Assembly (NCBI RefSeq): GCF_006345805.1
Contig: NW_021825720.1
Coordinates: 1 to 14,657 of the forward strand
Source: Octopus sinensis
Lineage: Eukaryota
Length of the DNA stretch: 14,657 nucleotides
Direction of reading: 5' to 3'
Below the pieces are notes generated by a model. The model made no database searches and was not told the origin of the DNA. It worked only from the letters and a program-made list of their open reading frames with translations. Numbering within the stretch: position 1 is the first letter of the stretch; each line of letters opens with the position of its first letter. Below, piece after piece: positions 1-10,281 of this stretch. The translations under genes and the position numbers were made by a program.

Positions 1-380
1 TATCCAAATCTCCAAAAATTCCTTTTAATACACGGCTATGATGCTCCCCCAGTACTTCTGCTTGTGGTCAGAGATGCACATATCGTCAACCACAAAGGAA
101 CATGCTCAACTGGTTATGGTGGCGAGCTGGCAGAAACGTTAGCACGCCGGGCGAAACGCGTAGCCGTATTTCGTCTGCCGTTACGTTCTGAGTTCAAATT
201 CCGCCGAGGTCGACTTTACCTTTCATCCTTTCGGGGTCAATTTATCTTTTCGCTAAATTAAGTACCAGTTACGTTTGTCTGTCCTTGTTTGTTCTCTCTG
301 TGTTTAGCCCCTTGTGGGTAGTAAAGAAATAGGTTATGGTCAAACAACTGACAAGCAAATCTGTATTATTTAGCAGACTG
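1..380. repeat. Partial copy of the ~570-bp interspersed repeat also at 9712-10283; cut by the window edge and interrupted by a SINE at 118-333
   Basis: 1-120 plus 341-380 aligns colinearly with 10002-10160 (e.g. 'caactggtta(t/a)ggtcaaacaactgacaagcaaatctgt'); followed by (TTA)n at 382-407. Confidence 0.85.
118..333 (+). mobile_element. tRNA-derived SINE, family A (octopus-type), with a short internal deletion
   Basis: Head 'ggcgagctggcagaaacgttagc' (A-box-like), B-box-like 'gagttcaaattc', tail 'ccccttgtgggtagtaaagaaatagg'; direct repeat ggttatggt at 112-120 and 332-340; homologous to copies at 2637, 3414 and 13187. Confidence 0.9.
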
Positions 381-461
381 TTTATTATTATTATTATTAT
401 TATTATTAAGATTTATTCTCATTATCATCATCATCATCATTATCATCCACTTCATTATTCT

Positions 462-557
462 GATCAATAAAATAACTAACCAGTCACGTACTGGAATCTA
501 ATTAATTTACTTTACTTTGCTCCAAAGCGTGTGGCCTTGTGCCAATGTTTCAAATTC
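462..557 (+). mobile_element. Degenerate 3' fragment of SINE family A, tail-B variant
   Basis: 'gatcaataaaataactaaccagtcacgtactgg...ccttgtgccaatgtttcaaat' resembles 9611-9693 'gataaaataagtaccagttgaacactgg...cctgtggcaaaatttgaaatc'. Confidence 0.45.
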
Positions 558-713
558 TTCCCCTCCTCCCCTCCTCCTCCCTCTCTTCTCTTACTCATTA
601 CCCTTTCTCTTCCTCATTATCACCATTCCTCATCGCCATCACTATAGTTTTTGTTACTTGTGTAGAAATAGAATGAGAAATGCTTTGAATAATCAATCAG
701 AAAGTCAGATAGC

Positions 714-1222
<509 letters not shown>

Positions 1223-1387
1223 GCTAATATCTGACTGTGAGGATGAATACTGAACACCGTATTGATGTATGAATAGCTTTTATTTATAGGTTAGCAAAAC
1301 GACCAACGGTTTCCCATGATGAATCTTCACCATCTTTCAAGCGTGCCGCATGAAAAAAAAATGTTAGTACGCATGTCAGTTTTGGAT

Positions 1388-1434
1388 GAGAGAGACAGAC
1401 AGACAGAGATGTATGTATGTATGAGATATATATG

Positions 1435-1466
<32 letters not shown>

Positions 1467-1480
1467 TGTATGTATGTATG
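1388..1480. repeat. (GA)/(GACA)/(TATG)n microsatellite
   Basis: Direct reading. Confidence 0.95.
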
Positions 1481-1732
1481 CATAAGGAAAATAAGATTTT
1501 ATCATGAAATGCATTTTAGCTCCGGTTTCCGTCTTTTAGACTTTTCAACTAACGCTAAAATAAGGAAAACAATGAAACTAAGGAATTTAATTATTTTTTT
1601 CTCTATTTTAATTGCTTTTCTTATTTTACTGTTAGTTGAAAAAGTCTAAAAGACCGAAACCGGTGCTAAAATGTACTTCATGATAAAAATATTTTAGCAT
1701 TTTTTACCTTGTCTTATTTTCCTCATGCATAC
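1476..1732. repeat. ~257-bp foldback (long inverted repeat)
   Basis: 1497-1585 is the reverse complement of ~1599-1688 with scattered mismatches; outer arms gtatgcataaggaaaataaga (1476-1496) and tcttattttcctcatgcatac (1712-1732) pair at 20/21. Confidence 0.9.
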
Positions 1733-1759
1733 TCGTGTGTTACTTTTCTACCTACTACT

Positions 1760-1826
1760 ACACACACACACACACAAACACACACCACATATGATATATA
1801 TATGGTATATATATATATATTTTATA

Positions 1827-1879
<53 letters not shown>

Positions 1880-1912
1880 ATTTATATGTATATATATGTG
1901 TATATATATGTG

Positions 1913-1944
<32 letters not shown>

Positions 1945-1968
1945 ATTATTTTTTTATATATATATAAG

Positions 1969-2049
<81 letters not shown>

Positions 2050-2106
2050 TATATATATAACTCGTAAATATCTTAGTCTAGTCCTTAATAATAATAATAA
2101 TAATAT
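1760..2106. repeat. (CA)n, long (TA)n and (TAA)n microsatellites
   Basis: Direct reading. Confidence 0.97.
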
Positions 2107-2409
2107 TGCTCCAGATTGTAAATCACATGATCAGAGTTGAAATTTATATTTCCAATACGTTTCGAGCACATTGTTCTCTGATCCTCATCCGTTCTTCTAT
2201 TTCTGAATATTTACAGAGTAAAGAGGCTTGCTCCAAACTAAGCAGCTTTATTACTAAACGAACTGTAATAAAGACCTTATCTAATAGGAAGACAGAGTTA
2301 CGACATTAATGGGAAACCTGTGACCCATAGGACTCTCTAAATGGTAGGTTTATTTCCCTTTTTCTTTTTTTTTTTTAGATGTGCAGTTATATTTCATGCT
2401 GCCCGGGTC

Positions 2410-3010
2410 TCATAAGTTGTCTATACCTGGGGTATGCCTTTCTTTTATTAGCCACCAGTAATTGCTTACATCTCCATGGATTATTTCGAAAACTTACCCA
2501 CAAAAAGCACAACATTCAACCCCGCCCTCTACTCACGTCAAGATACGTGTGTAATTAACTCCGTGCCAAGGGAAGTTACAAATAAGTGCCAGTCGATGGC
2601 ACAGACACATAGTACAGTATTCAGATTATTAGTGTACCTCTTTCTTTACTATACACAAGGGGTTAAACACAGAAGGGACAAACAAGGACAGACAAACGGA
2701 TTAAGTCGATTATATCGACCCCTGTGCGTAACTGGTACTTATTTAATCGACCCCGAAAGGATGAAAGGCAAAGTCGACCTCGGCGGAATTTGAACTCAGA
2801 ACGTAGCGGCAGACGAAATACTGCTAAGCATTTCGCCCGGCGTGCTAGCGTTTCTGCCAACTCGCCGCCTTTCAAATTGTCAGTGTACCGAACACCTAAT
2901 GCCCGAGCACTCTAGAAAAGCTAGGGTTTGCACGATCCATACTGTTTTAAGGAAAGAATCTTTATTGCCAACGGAATTGAATTATAACAGTTTGTCTCCG
3001 TGAACCACTT
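2410..3010 (+). pseudogene. Decayed Penelope-like element reverse transcriptase fragment, interrupted by a SINE
   Basis: Translates to ...PPVIAYISMDYFENLPTKSTTFNPALYSRQDTCVI... and, across the SINE, FKLSVYRTP. These resemble the PLE RT motifs SPV(I/L)ANIYMEYFE..(L/F)KP..W.RYVDDTFVI and FKTSVYRKPT. Stops and deletions are present and YVDD is destroyed. Confidence 0.6.
2637..2869 (-). mobile_element. tRNA-derived SINE, family A, near full length
   Basis: Reverse complement of the 118-333 type; degenerate 19-bp TSD ttcagattattagtgtacc (2620-2638) / ttcaaattgtcagtgtacc (2871-2889), 16/19 identical. Confidence 0.92.
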
Positions 3011-3148
3011 TACAAGGCGATTTAAATTATCTCCAGTCTACGGTGTTGAATAATGTATAGCCTTCGACAACGTATAAAACATAATAATGTATAGTCATCT
3101 ACAATGTATACCCCTGGGTAACATACAATTCCTTACAACATATCATCT

Positions 3149-3272
3149 CTGTCGTTATCATTATCATCATCATTGTCATTGTCGTCATCGTCGTCGCCGT
3201 TGTCGTTGTCGTCGTCGTTGTCGTCATCCTCATCACCACCACCATCACCACCATCACCACCATCATTATCAT
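3149..3272. repeat. Compound trinucleotide microsatellite (TCA/TCG/TTG/CCA)
   Basis: Direct reading; source of the His/Arg-rich ORF 3087-3305. Confidence 0.9.
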
Positions 3273-3413
3273 CTGGTTGGGCGACTTGCCCGGACCATTA
3301 ATTGATATTGGTTCCTCACTGGCTGAAATATCTCATCTGCGCACGCAATGACTACAGTCGGTTGTTGTCGGTCTCTGAATGAAATGATTGTTCCTGGTCG
3401 TTGACAGTTTCTT

Positions 3414-3958
3414 ATTTCTTTATTGCCCACAAGGGGCTAACAAGGACAGACAAAGTGATTTAGTGATTTAGCTGGCAGAAGCTTTAGCACGCCGGGCGAA
3501 ATGCTTAGCGGTATTTCGTCTGCCGCTATGTTCTGAGTTCAAATTCCGCCGAGGTCGACTTAGTCTTTAATCCTTTCGGAGTCGATTAAATAAGTATCAG
3601 TTACGCACTGTGGTTGATGTAATCGACTTAATCCGTTTGTCTGTCCTTGTTTGTCCTCTCTGTGTTTAGCCCCTTGTGGGTAGTAAAGAAATAGATATTT
3701 CGTCTGCCGTTACGTTCTGAGTTCAAATTCCGCCGAGGTCAACTTTTCCTTTCATCCTTTCGGGGTCGATTAAATAAGTACCAGTTACGCACTGGAGTCA
3801 TATCGACTCCAGTGCGTAACTGGTACTTATTTAATCGACTCCGAAAGGATGAAGACAAAGTCGACCTCGGCGGAATTTGAACTCAGAACATAGCGGCAGA
3901 CGAAATACCGCTAAGCATTTCGCCCGGCGTGCTAAAGCTTCTGCCAGCTTGCCGCCTT
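3414..3958. mobile_element. Composite SINE family A locus: (-) tail 3414-3455, (+) unit 3470-3694, (+) partial unit 3696-3799, (-) head and body 3805-3956
   Basis: Perfect 13-bp TSD ttgacagtttctt at 3401-3413 and 3959-3971; palindrome centre ctggagtc-atatc-gactccag with loop at 3800-3804. Confidence 0.9.
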
Positions 3959-4218
3959 TTGACAGTTTCTTGTCCGTTCATCGACTCTGCATCGAGTGAT
4001 ATTCGCCATTGGTTTTAATAAATTCCTTTGCCGAAATAATTCACAGCCAACTTACTGCATCGCATGATTTCGACGTAACCATGGCTTGGTTGGTTAACGA
4101 GTACTACGCCTTGCCAAAGGGTCACCTGTGATTTATATCGGGTCTCTTCGCGCCCGTATTCAAAACTGACCTCTATTTCGAAAGCAATTAGCCCATAGCT
4201 ATGGGCCTGACAGTAACT

Positions 4219-4600
4219 TGGAAGCACTCCGTCGGTTACGACGACGAGGGTTCCCGTTGATCCGAATCAATGGAACAGCCACTCGTGAAATTAACGTGTA
4301 AGTGGCTGAGCACTCCACAGACACGTGTACCCTTAACGTAGTTCTCGGGGATATTCAGCGTGACACAGAGAGTGACAAGGCCGGCCCTTTGAAATACAGG
4401 TACAACAGAAACAGGAAGTAAGAGTGAGAGAAAGTTGTGGTGAAAGAGTACAGCAGGGATCACCACCATCCCTGCCGGAGCCTCGTGGAGCTTTAGGTGT
4501 TTTCACTCAATAAACACTCACAACGCCCGGTCTGGGAATCGAAACCGCGATCCTATGACCGCGAGTCCGCTGCCTTAACCACTGGGCCATTGCGCCTCCA
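4219..4600 (-). mobile_element. Full-length tRNA-derived SINE, family B (tRNA-Arg-like head; probably octopus OR-type)
   Basis: Minus strand starts tggaggcgcaatggcccagtggttaaggcagcggactcgcgg...ggtttcgattccc (A and B boxes); perfect 12-bp TSD ctgacagtaact at 4207-4218 and 4601-4612. Confidence 0.9.
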
Positions 4601-5169
4601 CTGACAGTAACTATACTCCAGGTCAGAAGAGACATGGGAACATTTGTGGCCAAGATGCAGTTCCACACTGCTCAAACACCTGCAATTCCGGAATCCTGGG
4701 CCCTACTGTTGAATACGGCTTAAAGTCATATCTTACATAAGTCTATAAAATATGTCCCTAAATAATATACAGTCATCAATAACAAATAGTGACGGGTAAC
4801 AAATCATACGGGAGATGTCTTCATTCACGAACCGAATTTATTGTTAATCAAAACTAGAAGCTTAACCATATCTTACTGAATCTCTACATTACTGCAAGTT
4901 ATTTTTCAGTAATCTTTAAAGAAATGGCATCACATGACACTTTGGAAGTCTGTTTAAAATTAATATAGCACTTTGCTGAATTCCTCAACAGAGTCAATCC
5001 TACACTAAATGGTGTAACATAATTTTCATATTCTATATTTTGCATCATTTTATAACCGCATATAACAATTGCATCGGTAACATTCCATGCAGAATAGTTG
5101 AAGGGAATCTGGTAGGTCCCTAAACGGGAGTATAAAAGACAATGAAAATACTTAATGAAATGAGAAACA

Positions 5170-5397
5170 TCTATATATAGTAATGGCTGAATATATATGG
5201 ATGGGTGTATATATATATATGTATATATTGATGGATGTATATATTGTATATATCATATATATGTCATATAATATATTATATTATATATATATACTATATC
5301 ATAAATGATATTATATATATATATTATATATATTATATATATATTATATATTATATATATGATATATTTATATTATATTAATTATGTTATACATATA
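5170..5397. repeat. Degenerate (TA)n / AT-rich low-complexity tract
   Basis: Direct reading. Confidence 0.9.
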
Positions 5398-5734
5398 CGT
5401 TGAGTAAAAGGCGAACATCAATTTTTATAGAATAAAACGTCCATAACTGATAGAGAAACACAATAAAATGGTTTGCTGATAAACCAATATCTAAGCCCAA
5501 CGGTTTAGTAATGGCGGCCATTACAGAAAGACAAATACAGATGAACTGAACATGAAATATTAATTGTACATACATCGCTGACCAAATGGATTAGAGTGGT
5601 ACTACCATTGGTTTAGTTAATAAAGGTACTGAGTTCTAATGTGATGATAAAACGTAAACCTGATCACGAGCATAGAACAAACCGATGGAAAATGTTTGTT
5701 GCGAAGGATGATAGCATTAGAGTAATTGTATCAT

Positions 5735-5776
<42 letters not shown>

Positions 5777-5777
5777 C

Positions 5778-5840
<63 letters not shown>

Positions 5841-5846
5841 GAGATA
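5735..5846. repeat. (GATA)n microsatellite
   Basis: Direct reading. Confidence 0.98.
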
Positions 5847-6170
5847 GGTGCAGGCGTGGCTGTGTGGTAAGAAGCTTGCTTACCAGCCACATGGTTCCGG
5901 GTTCAGTCCCATTATGTGTCTTCTACTATAACCACCGGCCGTCCATGGCCTTGCGAGTGGATTTGGTAGAAGAAAACTGTATATGTCTAGCAATATGTTT
6001 ATATCTGTTGGTGTGTTTAGGTTCCCGGAGTTAGCACTTCGGCAATAGTAACCGATAGAACAAGTACTAAGCTTAAAATATAAGTCCTGTGGTCGATTTG
6101 TTCGACGAAAACTTTTTAAAGTGGTGCACCAGCATGGCCACAGTCATATGATAGAAGCAAATAACAGAAC
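5847..6170 (+). mobile_element. Decayed tRNA-derived SINE, family C
   Basis: Head ggtgcaggcgtggctgtgtggtaagaagcttgct...ccgggttcagtccc has A- and B-box-like motifs; the 3' part 'aagtactaag...gtggtcgatttgttcgac' resembles the family A central segment. Confidence 0.75.
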
Positions 6171-6180
6171 ATATATATAT

Positions 6181-6302
6181 ATTCTTCTCAAATATTTTAG
6201 TAGAGCAAGAAGATGGAAGAAATTCATGTTGTCGCTAGTGTACAATAGCGACAACATGAATTTTCTCCATCTTCTTGCTGTGTTAAAATACTTGAGAAGA
6301 AT
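6181..6302. repeat. 122-bp near-perfect palindrome
   Basis: Arms 6181-6237 and 6246-6302 match at 51/57; the centre g-tgtaca-a is itself palindromic. Confidence 0.93.
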
Positions 6303-6344
6303 TATATTAATGTGTCCTACTTGTTAAAATTCTAGTTATTTATT

Positions 6345-6432
6345 TGTGCAGCTGAAGATGACACTGCATTTAAATTGATATAATGATTGTATTGTTTAAT
6401 TAAATGGGGCCGCTTGAAACGGTCGTGCTACA
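6345..6432 (+). ncRNA. Candidate decayed type I hammerhead ribozyme (Penelope-type)
   Basis: tgtgca-g-CTGAAGA (6352-6358), stem II with catttaa/ttaaatg, GAAA (6416-6419), cgg, TC (6423-6424), g-tgctaca; base of stem II is unpaired. Confidence 0.35.
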
Positions 6433-6449
6433 TCACTACTTGATTAAGG

Positions 6450-6745
6450 AGCACTCCCTCGGTTACGACGACGAGGGTCCGCACTAATACGATCAACGGA
6501 ACAGCTTGCTCGTGAAATTAACGTGCAAGTGGCTGAGCAATCCACAGACACGTGTACCCCTGACGTAGTTCTCGGGGAGATTCAGCATGACACAGAGTGT
6601 GACAAGGCTGGCCCTTTGAAATACAGGTACTATTCACTTTTGCCAGCAGAATGCACTGGAGCAACGTGAAATAAAGTGTCTTGCTCAAGGACAAAATCGT
6701 CACCGGGAATTGAATTCATGACTTTACAATCGTTAGACGTGAAGT
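6450..6745 (-). mobile_element. SINE sharing its 3' ~180 bp with family B but with a different, CORE-like central domain; head decayed
   Basis: 6450-6630 aligns to 4223-4402 (agcactcc..cggttacgacgacgaggg..gaaatacaggtac), then diverges into (minus strand) gtccttgagcaagacactttatttcacgttgctccag. Confidence 0.8.
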
Positions 6746-6853
6746 ATATTTGCCATCTGAATGTGGCTGACCCATATGGGACGATGCTACTGTAGCTTAT
6801 AGCCCATCGTCCCCTATGGGTCAGCCACATTTAGGTGGAAAATATACCTCACG
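6738..6853. repeat. 116-bp stem-loop (49-bp arms, 18-nt loop)
   Basis: 6738-6786 matches the reverse complement of 6805-6853 at 44/49. Confidence 0.92.
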
Positions 6854-7004
6854 ATGTTATGCTGCTACTGTTTATATCTCGCTAAGAGATTTATTATTGC
6901 CGCATATATATACACACACACACACATATATAGAAAGAATTTATAAAAAAAAACAAAAGACGAAGACGGGTGTGTAAACAACGAACAGATGTATTAGTTT
7001 AACG

Positions 7005-7402
7005 TTCTCCGTCACAAAGTGTATGGAAGAAAAAGAAACGTTTTGTAGCTGGGGCATTTACATCCGTATATTTTCTCCTTCACACTTTATAGAAGACAAA
7101 GGTTAGTCCAACCGGGACATTCACACCTGGTAGTGTTCTCCTTCACACGGTGTATGTGAGAGAAACGCTTCTCAGCCGTGACTTCACATCTGTATATCTT
7201 CTCTTTCACGGCACAAAGGATTTGTCAGCCGTGACATTCGCGTCTGGTAATTTTCTCCATCGCAAAGTGTATGTGAGAGAGAAAGAATCATTTTCCACCT
7301 GGGACATTCACATCCGCTTATTTTCTCCTTCACACAGTGTACACAAGACAAAGGTTTGTCCAGCCGTGACACCCACGCCTGTAAATTCTCTCTTTCACAC
7401 TG
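7005..7402. repeat. Diverged minisatellite, about 6 units of 54-70 bp
   Basis: Recurring ttctc(c/t)ttcaca...c(a/c)gccg(t/g)gacattcaca motifs starting near 7005, 7073, 7136, 7199, 7253, 7323 and 7386. Confidence 0.8.
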
Positions 7403-7740
7403 CCTATACGAATCAAAATACATTCAAGAACTTGCCCTTCAACATGCGGGAACGGTTTCACCTTGACGTCTACAAGAAACATGGTGAGCGATAATGAGCA
7501 GGCATTGCAAATGGGCCAGAAGTATTTCAATAAACATTTGAAAGTGTAGTTCATATAACAGCCATAATGTCCGTAACACTTTAATGTAATCGAAGGATCA
7601 ATAACTATTTGAATGATCATTATTATTAATGATGGTGTACCGTTGTTGTGGAAATATAGGAAATTATACAGAATGGAGATCAAGACATCATCCTTGATAT
7701 CTTGCACCCAACTCTCGTACCCGTTCAACCACGCTCAACC

Positions 7741-8099
7741 ACATATACATACATACATACGAAGATACATAAAGATATATGCGTGTATATATTAATATAT
7801 ACACAAATACACACACAAACATATATGCATACATATATATATCTCAATATATATGTATGTATATATATACATATATATATATATATATAGATATATATAT
7901 GTATGCATATGTATATATATATGTATATGTATCTGTATGTACATACATATATTCGATACATTAAGTGTATGTACGAAGTAATAAAAATCAATTAGCTTAT
8001 AATAATAAGCCAACAGAAGCAAGAATGAATAATGAAATGATTTGTTTTCACAAAAAGACTTTATATATATGTATGCATGTATATATATATATGTATATA

Positions 8100-8135
<36 letters not shown>

Positions 8136-8163
8136 TGTATGTATGTATGTATGTATATATAGA

Positions 8164-8205
<42 letters not shown>

Positions 8206-8589
8206 AAACGCATGCACGCATTTATAGAAAGCTATCCAAAGATAATAGCAGAAAAGAAGATGGAATCGAAGAAGAAAAAGGAAGGAAATGTTAAATTGAT
8301 AAAAAAAAAATAGCGAAAACAACAAAAAAACACCCCACTACCAGCAGCAGCAGCAGCAGCACGAAACAAACTATAAATTAAAAAAAAATAAACAGAAGTA
8401 AAATAAGTAAAAGTAAAAACAAAAAAAAAGAAAAGAAGAGAGACATGTTAGAACAGGATATTTAGCTGCCTTAATGAAGATGGCTATTGAAATTTATGGC
8501 TAACATCTATAGAGAATTAGATAACAATGTGTTTGCATATATATATATATGTGTGTGTGTATACATATATAGACGATATTATATATATA

Positions 8590-8634
<45 letters not shown>

Positions 8635-8925
8635 CTATGTATATATATATTATGTATATGTATATATATATATATTTATATATATATGTATGTATATACG
8701 TATGTGTATATATATATATGTGTGTGTGCGTGTGTATGTGTATGTTTAGGTGTATGGTTTTATTTTTATCTCAATGTATTTGTGCGTTCCTATATATATG
8801 ATAAGGTGTTTGTGTGCGTAATATGTAGGATTAGTTCGTATGAAAGCGTGTGTAGTTTTAGAGAAAAGCTGAGATACGTACGTTATGCAAATATATAGGT
8901 GCACATGCACAGACATATGTATGTG

Positions 8926-8964
<39 letters not shown>

Positions 8965-8994
8965 GCATATATATATGTGTGTGTGTGTGTGTGC

Positions 8995-9028
<34 letters not shown>

Positions 9029-9030
9029 TT
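7741..9030. repeat. Cluster of (TA)n/(TATG)n/(TG)n/(CA)n microsatellites with A-rich spacers
   Basis: Tracts at ~7741-7950, 8062-8205, 8537-8800 and 8900-9026; short (CAG)n at 8342-8360. Confidence 0.93.
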
Positions 9031-9205
9031 ACAAACAAAGGCGTATACTTATGTTTGTATTGTACGTACACGTGTATGTGTTGTATGCTTTTGTGTCTGT
9101 GCATTAAACTAAACTGCAGAGAATTAACGAGGGAAAATAAAGAAAATAACGGAAAACGAAATGGCGCCTTGCAAATGCAGTCTTGATTTAACGGAAGTTC
9201 GCTAA

Positions 9206-9230
9206 ATTATCATTATTATTATTATTATTA

Positions 9231-9262
<32 letters not shown>

Positions 9263-9281
9263 ATTATTATTATTTTTATTA

Positions 9282-9377
<96 letters not shown>

Positions 9378-9407
9378 ATATTATTATTATTATTATTATT
9401 ATAATTA

Positions 9408-9448
<41 letters not shown>

Positions 9449-9486
9449 TATTATTATTATTTATTATTATTATTATTATTATTATT
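9206..9486. repeat. Long (ATT)n microsatellite
   Basis: Direct reading. Confidence 0.98.
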
Positions 9487-9489
9487 TAA

Positions 9490-9693
9490 GGCGACGGGCT
9501 GGCAGAATCGTTAGCGCGCTGGACGAAATGCTTAGCGGTATTTCGCCCGCCACTACATTCTGAGTTCAAATTCCGTTGAGGTCGACTTTACCTTTCATCC
9601 TTTAGGTTTCGATAAAATAAGTACCAGTTGAACACTGGTAATCGACTCATCCTCTCACCCAAAGTCGCTGATCCTGTGGCAAAATTTGAAATC
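9490..9693 (+). mobile_element. tRNA-derived SINE with family A head/body and an alternative tail (tail B), embedded in (ATT)n
   Basis: ggcgacgggctggcagaatcgttagc...gagttcaaattcc...aataagtaccagtt, then cctgtggcaaaatttgaaatc(att)n in place of the gaaatagg tail. Confidence 0.88.
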
Positions 9694-9711
9694 ATTATTA
9701 TTATTATTATT

Positions 9712-10281
9712 GAGTGAGTGAGAAAGCAGTTCAAGCCATCAAAGTGACACTGGGGTGAAATATACGAAGACCAGTATATCCATCATGACTACCCGTCTGA
9801 TAAGTGTATACTAGGTACATGCATCACAACCATATGTGCGCGACACAGTGATCTCATATCAAGATAATCAGAGCATGAGCTTACAGGTGGAGGTCCAGTT
9901 AGAATTTTCTTCAGGTCGAGAAGCTCATCCCGCTCAAAAAGTCCCTGAATAAGGGTTGTTTAAGGATATTCAACAAAACACTCATGTATCCAACGGTGAA
10001 TTATCCAAACTCCAAGGAATTGTTCTCAGCACATGGTTATGATGTTCCACCACTACTTCTGCTCGTGATCAGAGATATACATGTCGTCAGCCACTAAGGG
10101 ACATGGTCAACTGGTTAAGGTCAAACAACTGACAAGCAAATCTGTGGTATTGAGCAGAATATATGCTGTAGCCCATCTTTTATACTAAGACAAACCAATG
10201 TACATGATAACACTTTCAATCAGTTAGATCAGAAGTCATGAGAACCACAGCCTGGTACTCACTACGAGAGCCACTGCTTGG

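Noticed and set aside
1295-1345. Minus-strand ttgaaag-atggtgaa/ttcatcat-gggaaaccgttggtc hammerhead-like hairpin
   Set aside because: Too degenerate; core and stems I/III are unsupported.
2140-2240. Minus-strand cggatgag...gtgctcGAAAcgta hammerhead-like text
   Set aside because: Core is CGGAUGA, spacing to stem II is wrong and no stem I pairing was found.
2355-2560. Polypyrimidine tract plus AG at 2377-2378 as a splice acceptor
   Set aside because: No convincing exon; the downstream sequence is better explained as a decayed Penelope RT.
3401-4218. Two neighbouring TSDs share tgacagt
   Set aside because: Two events from different SINE families; chance cannot be excluded.
4525-4600. tRNA gene
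   Set aside because: The tRNA-like sequence is the SINE head, continuous with the body and enclosed by the TSD.
3300-4740. Complex sequence hosting the SINEs as an old LINE 5' region or exon
   Set aside because: No recognisable protein motif after removing the SINEs; needs a database search.
5483-5525. CCAAT and palindromic taatggcggccatta (YY1-like) motifs
   Set aside because: Short motifs with no associated gene start.
5634-5722. C/D-box snoRNA-like layout (gtgatga, ctga, terminal tctaatg/cattaga)
   Set aside because: No canonical terminal D box and no identifiable guide.
7005-7494. Minisatellite as a C2H2 zinc-finger array or CRISPR; ORF 7150-7494 as an exon
   Set aside because: Period is ~63 rather than 84 bp with no C-x2-C/H-x3-H register; no identical repeats with unique spacers; eukaryotic context.
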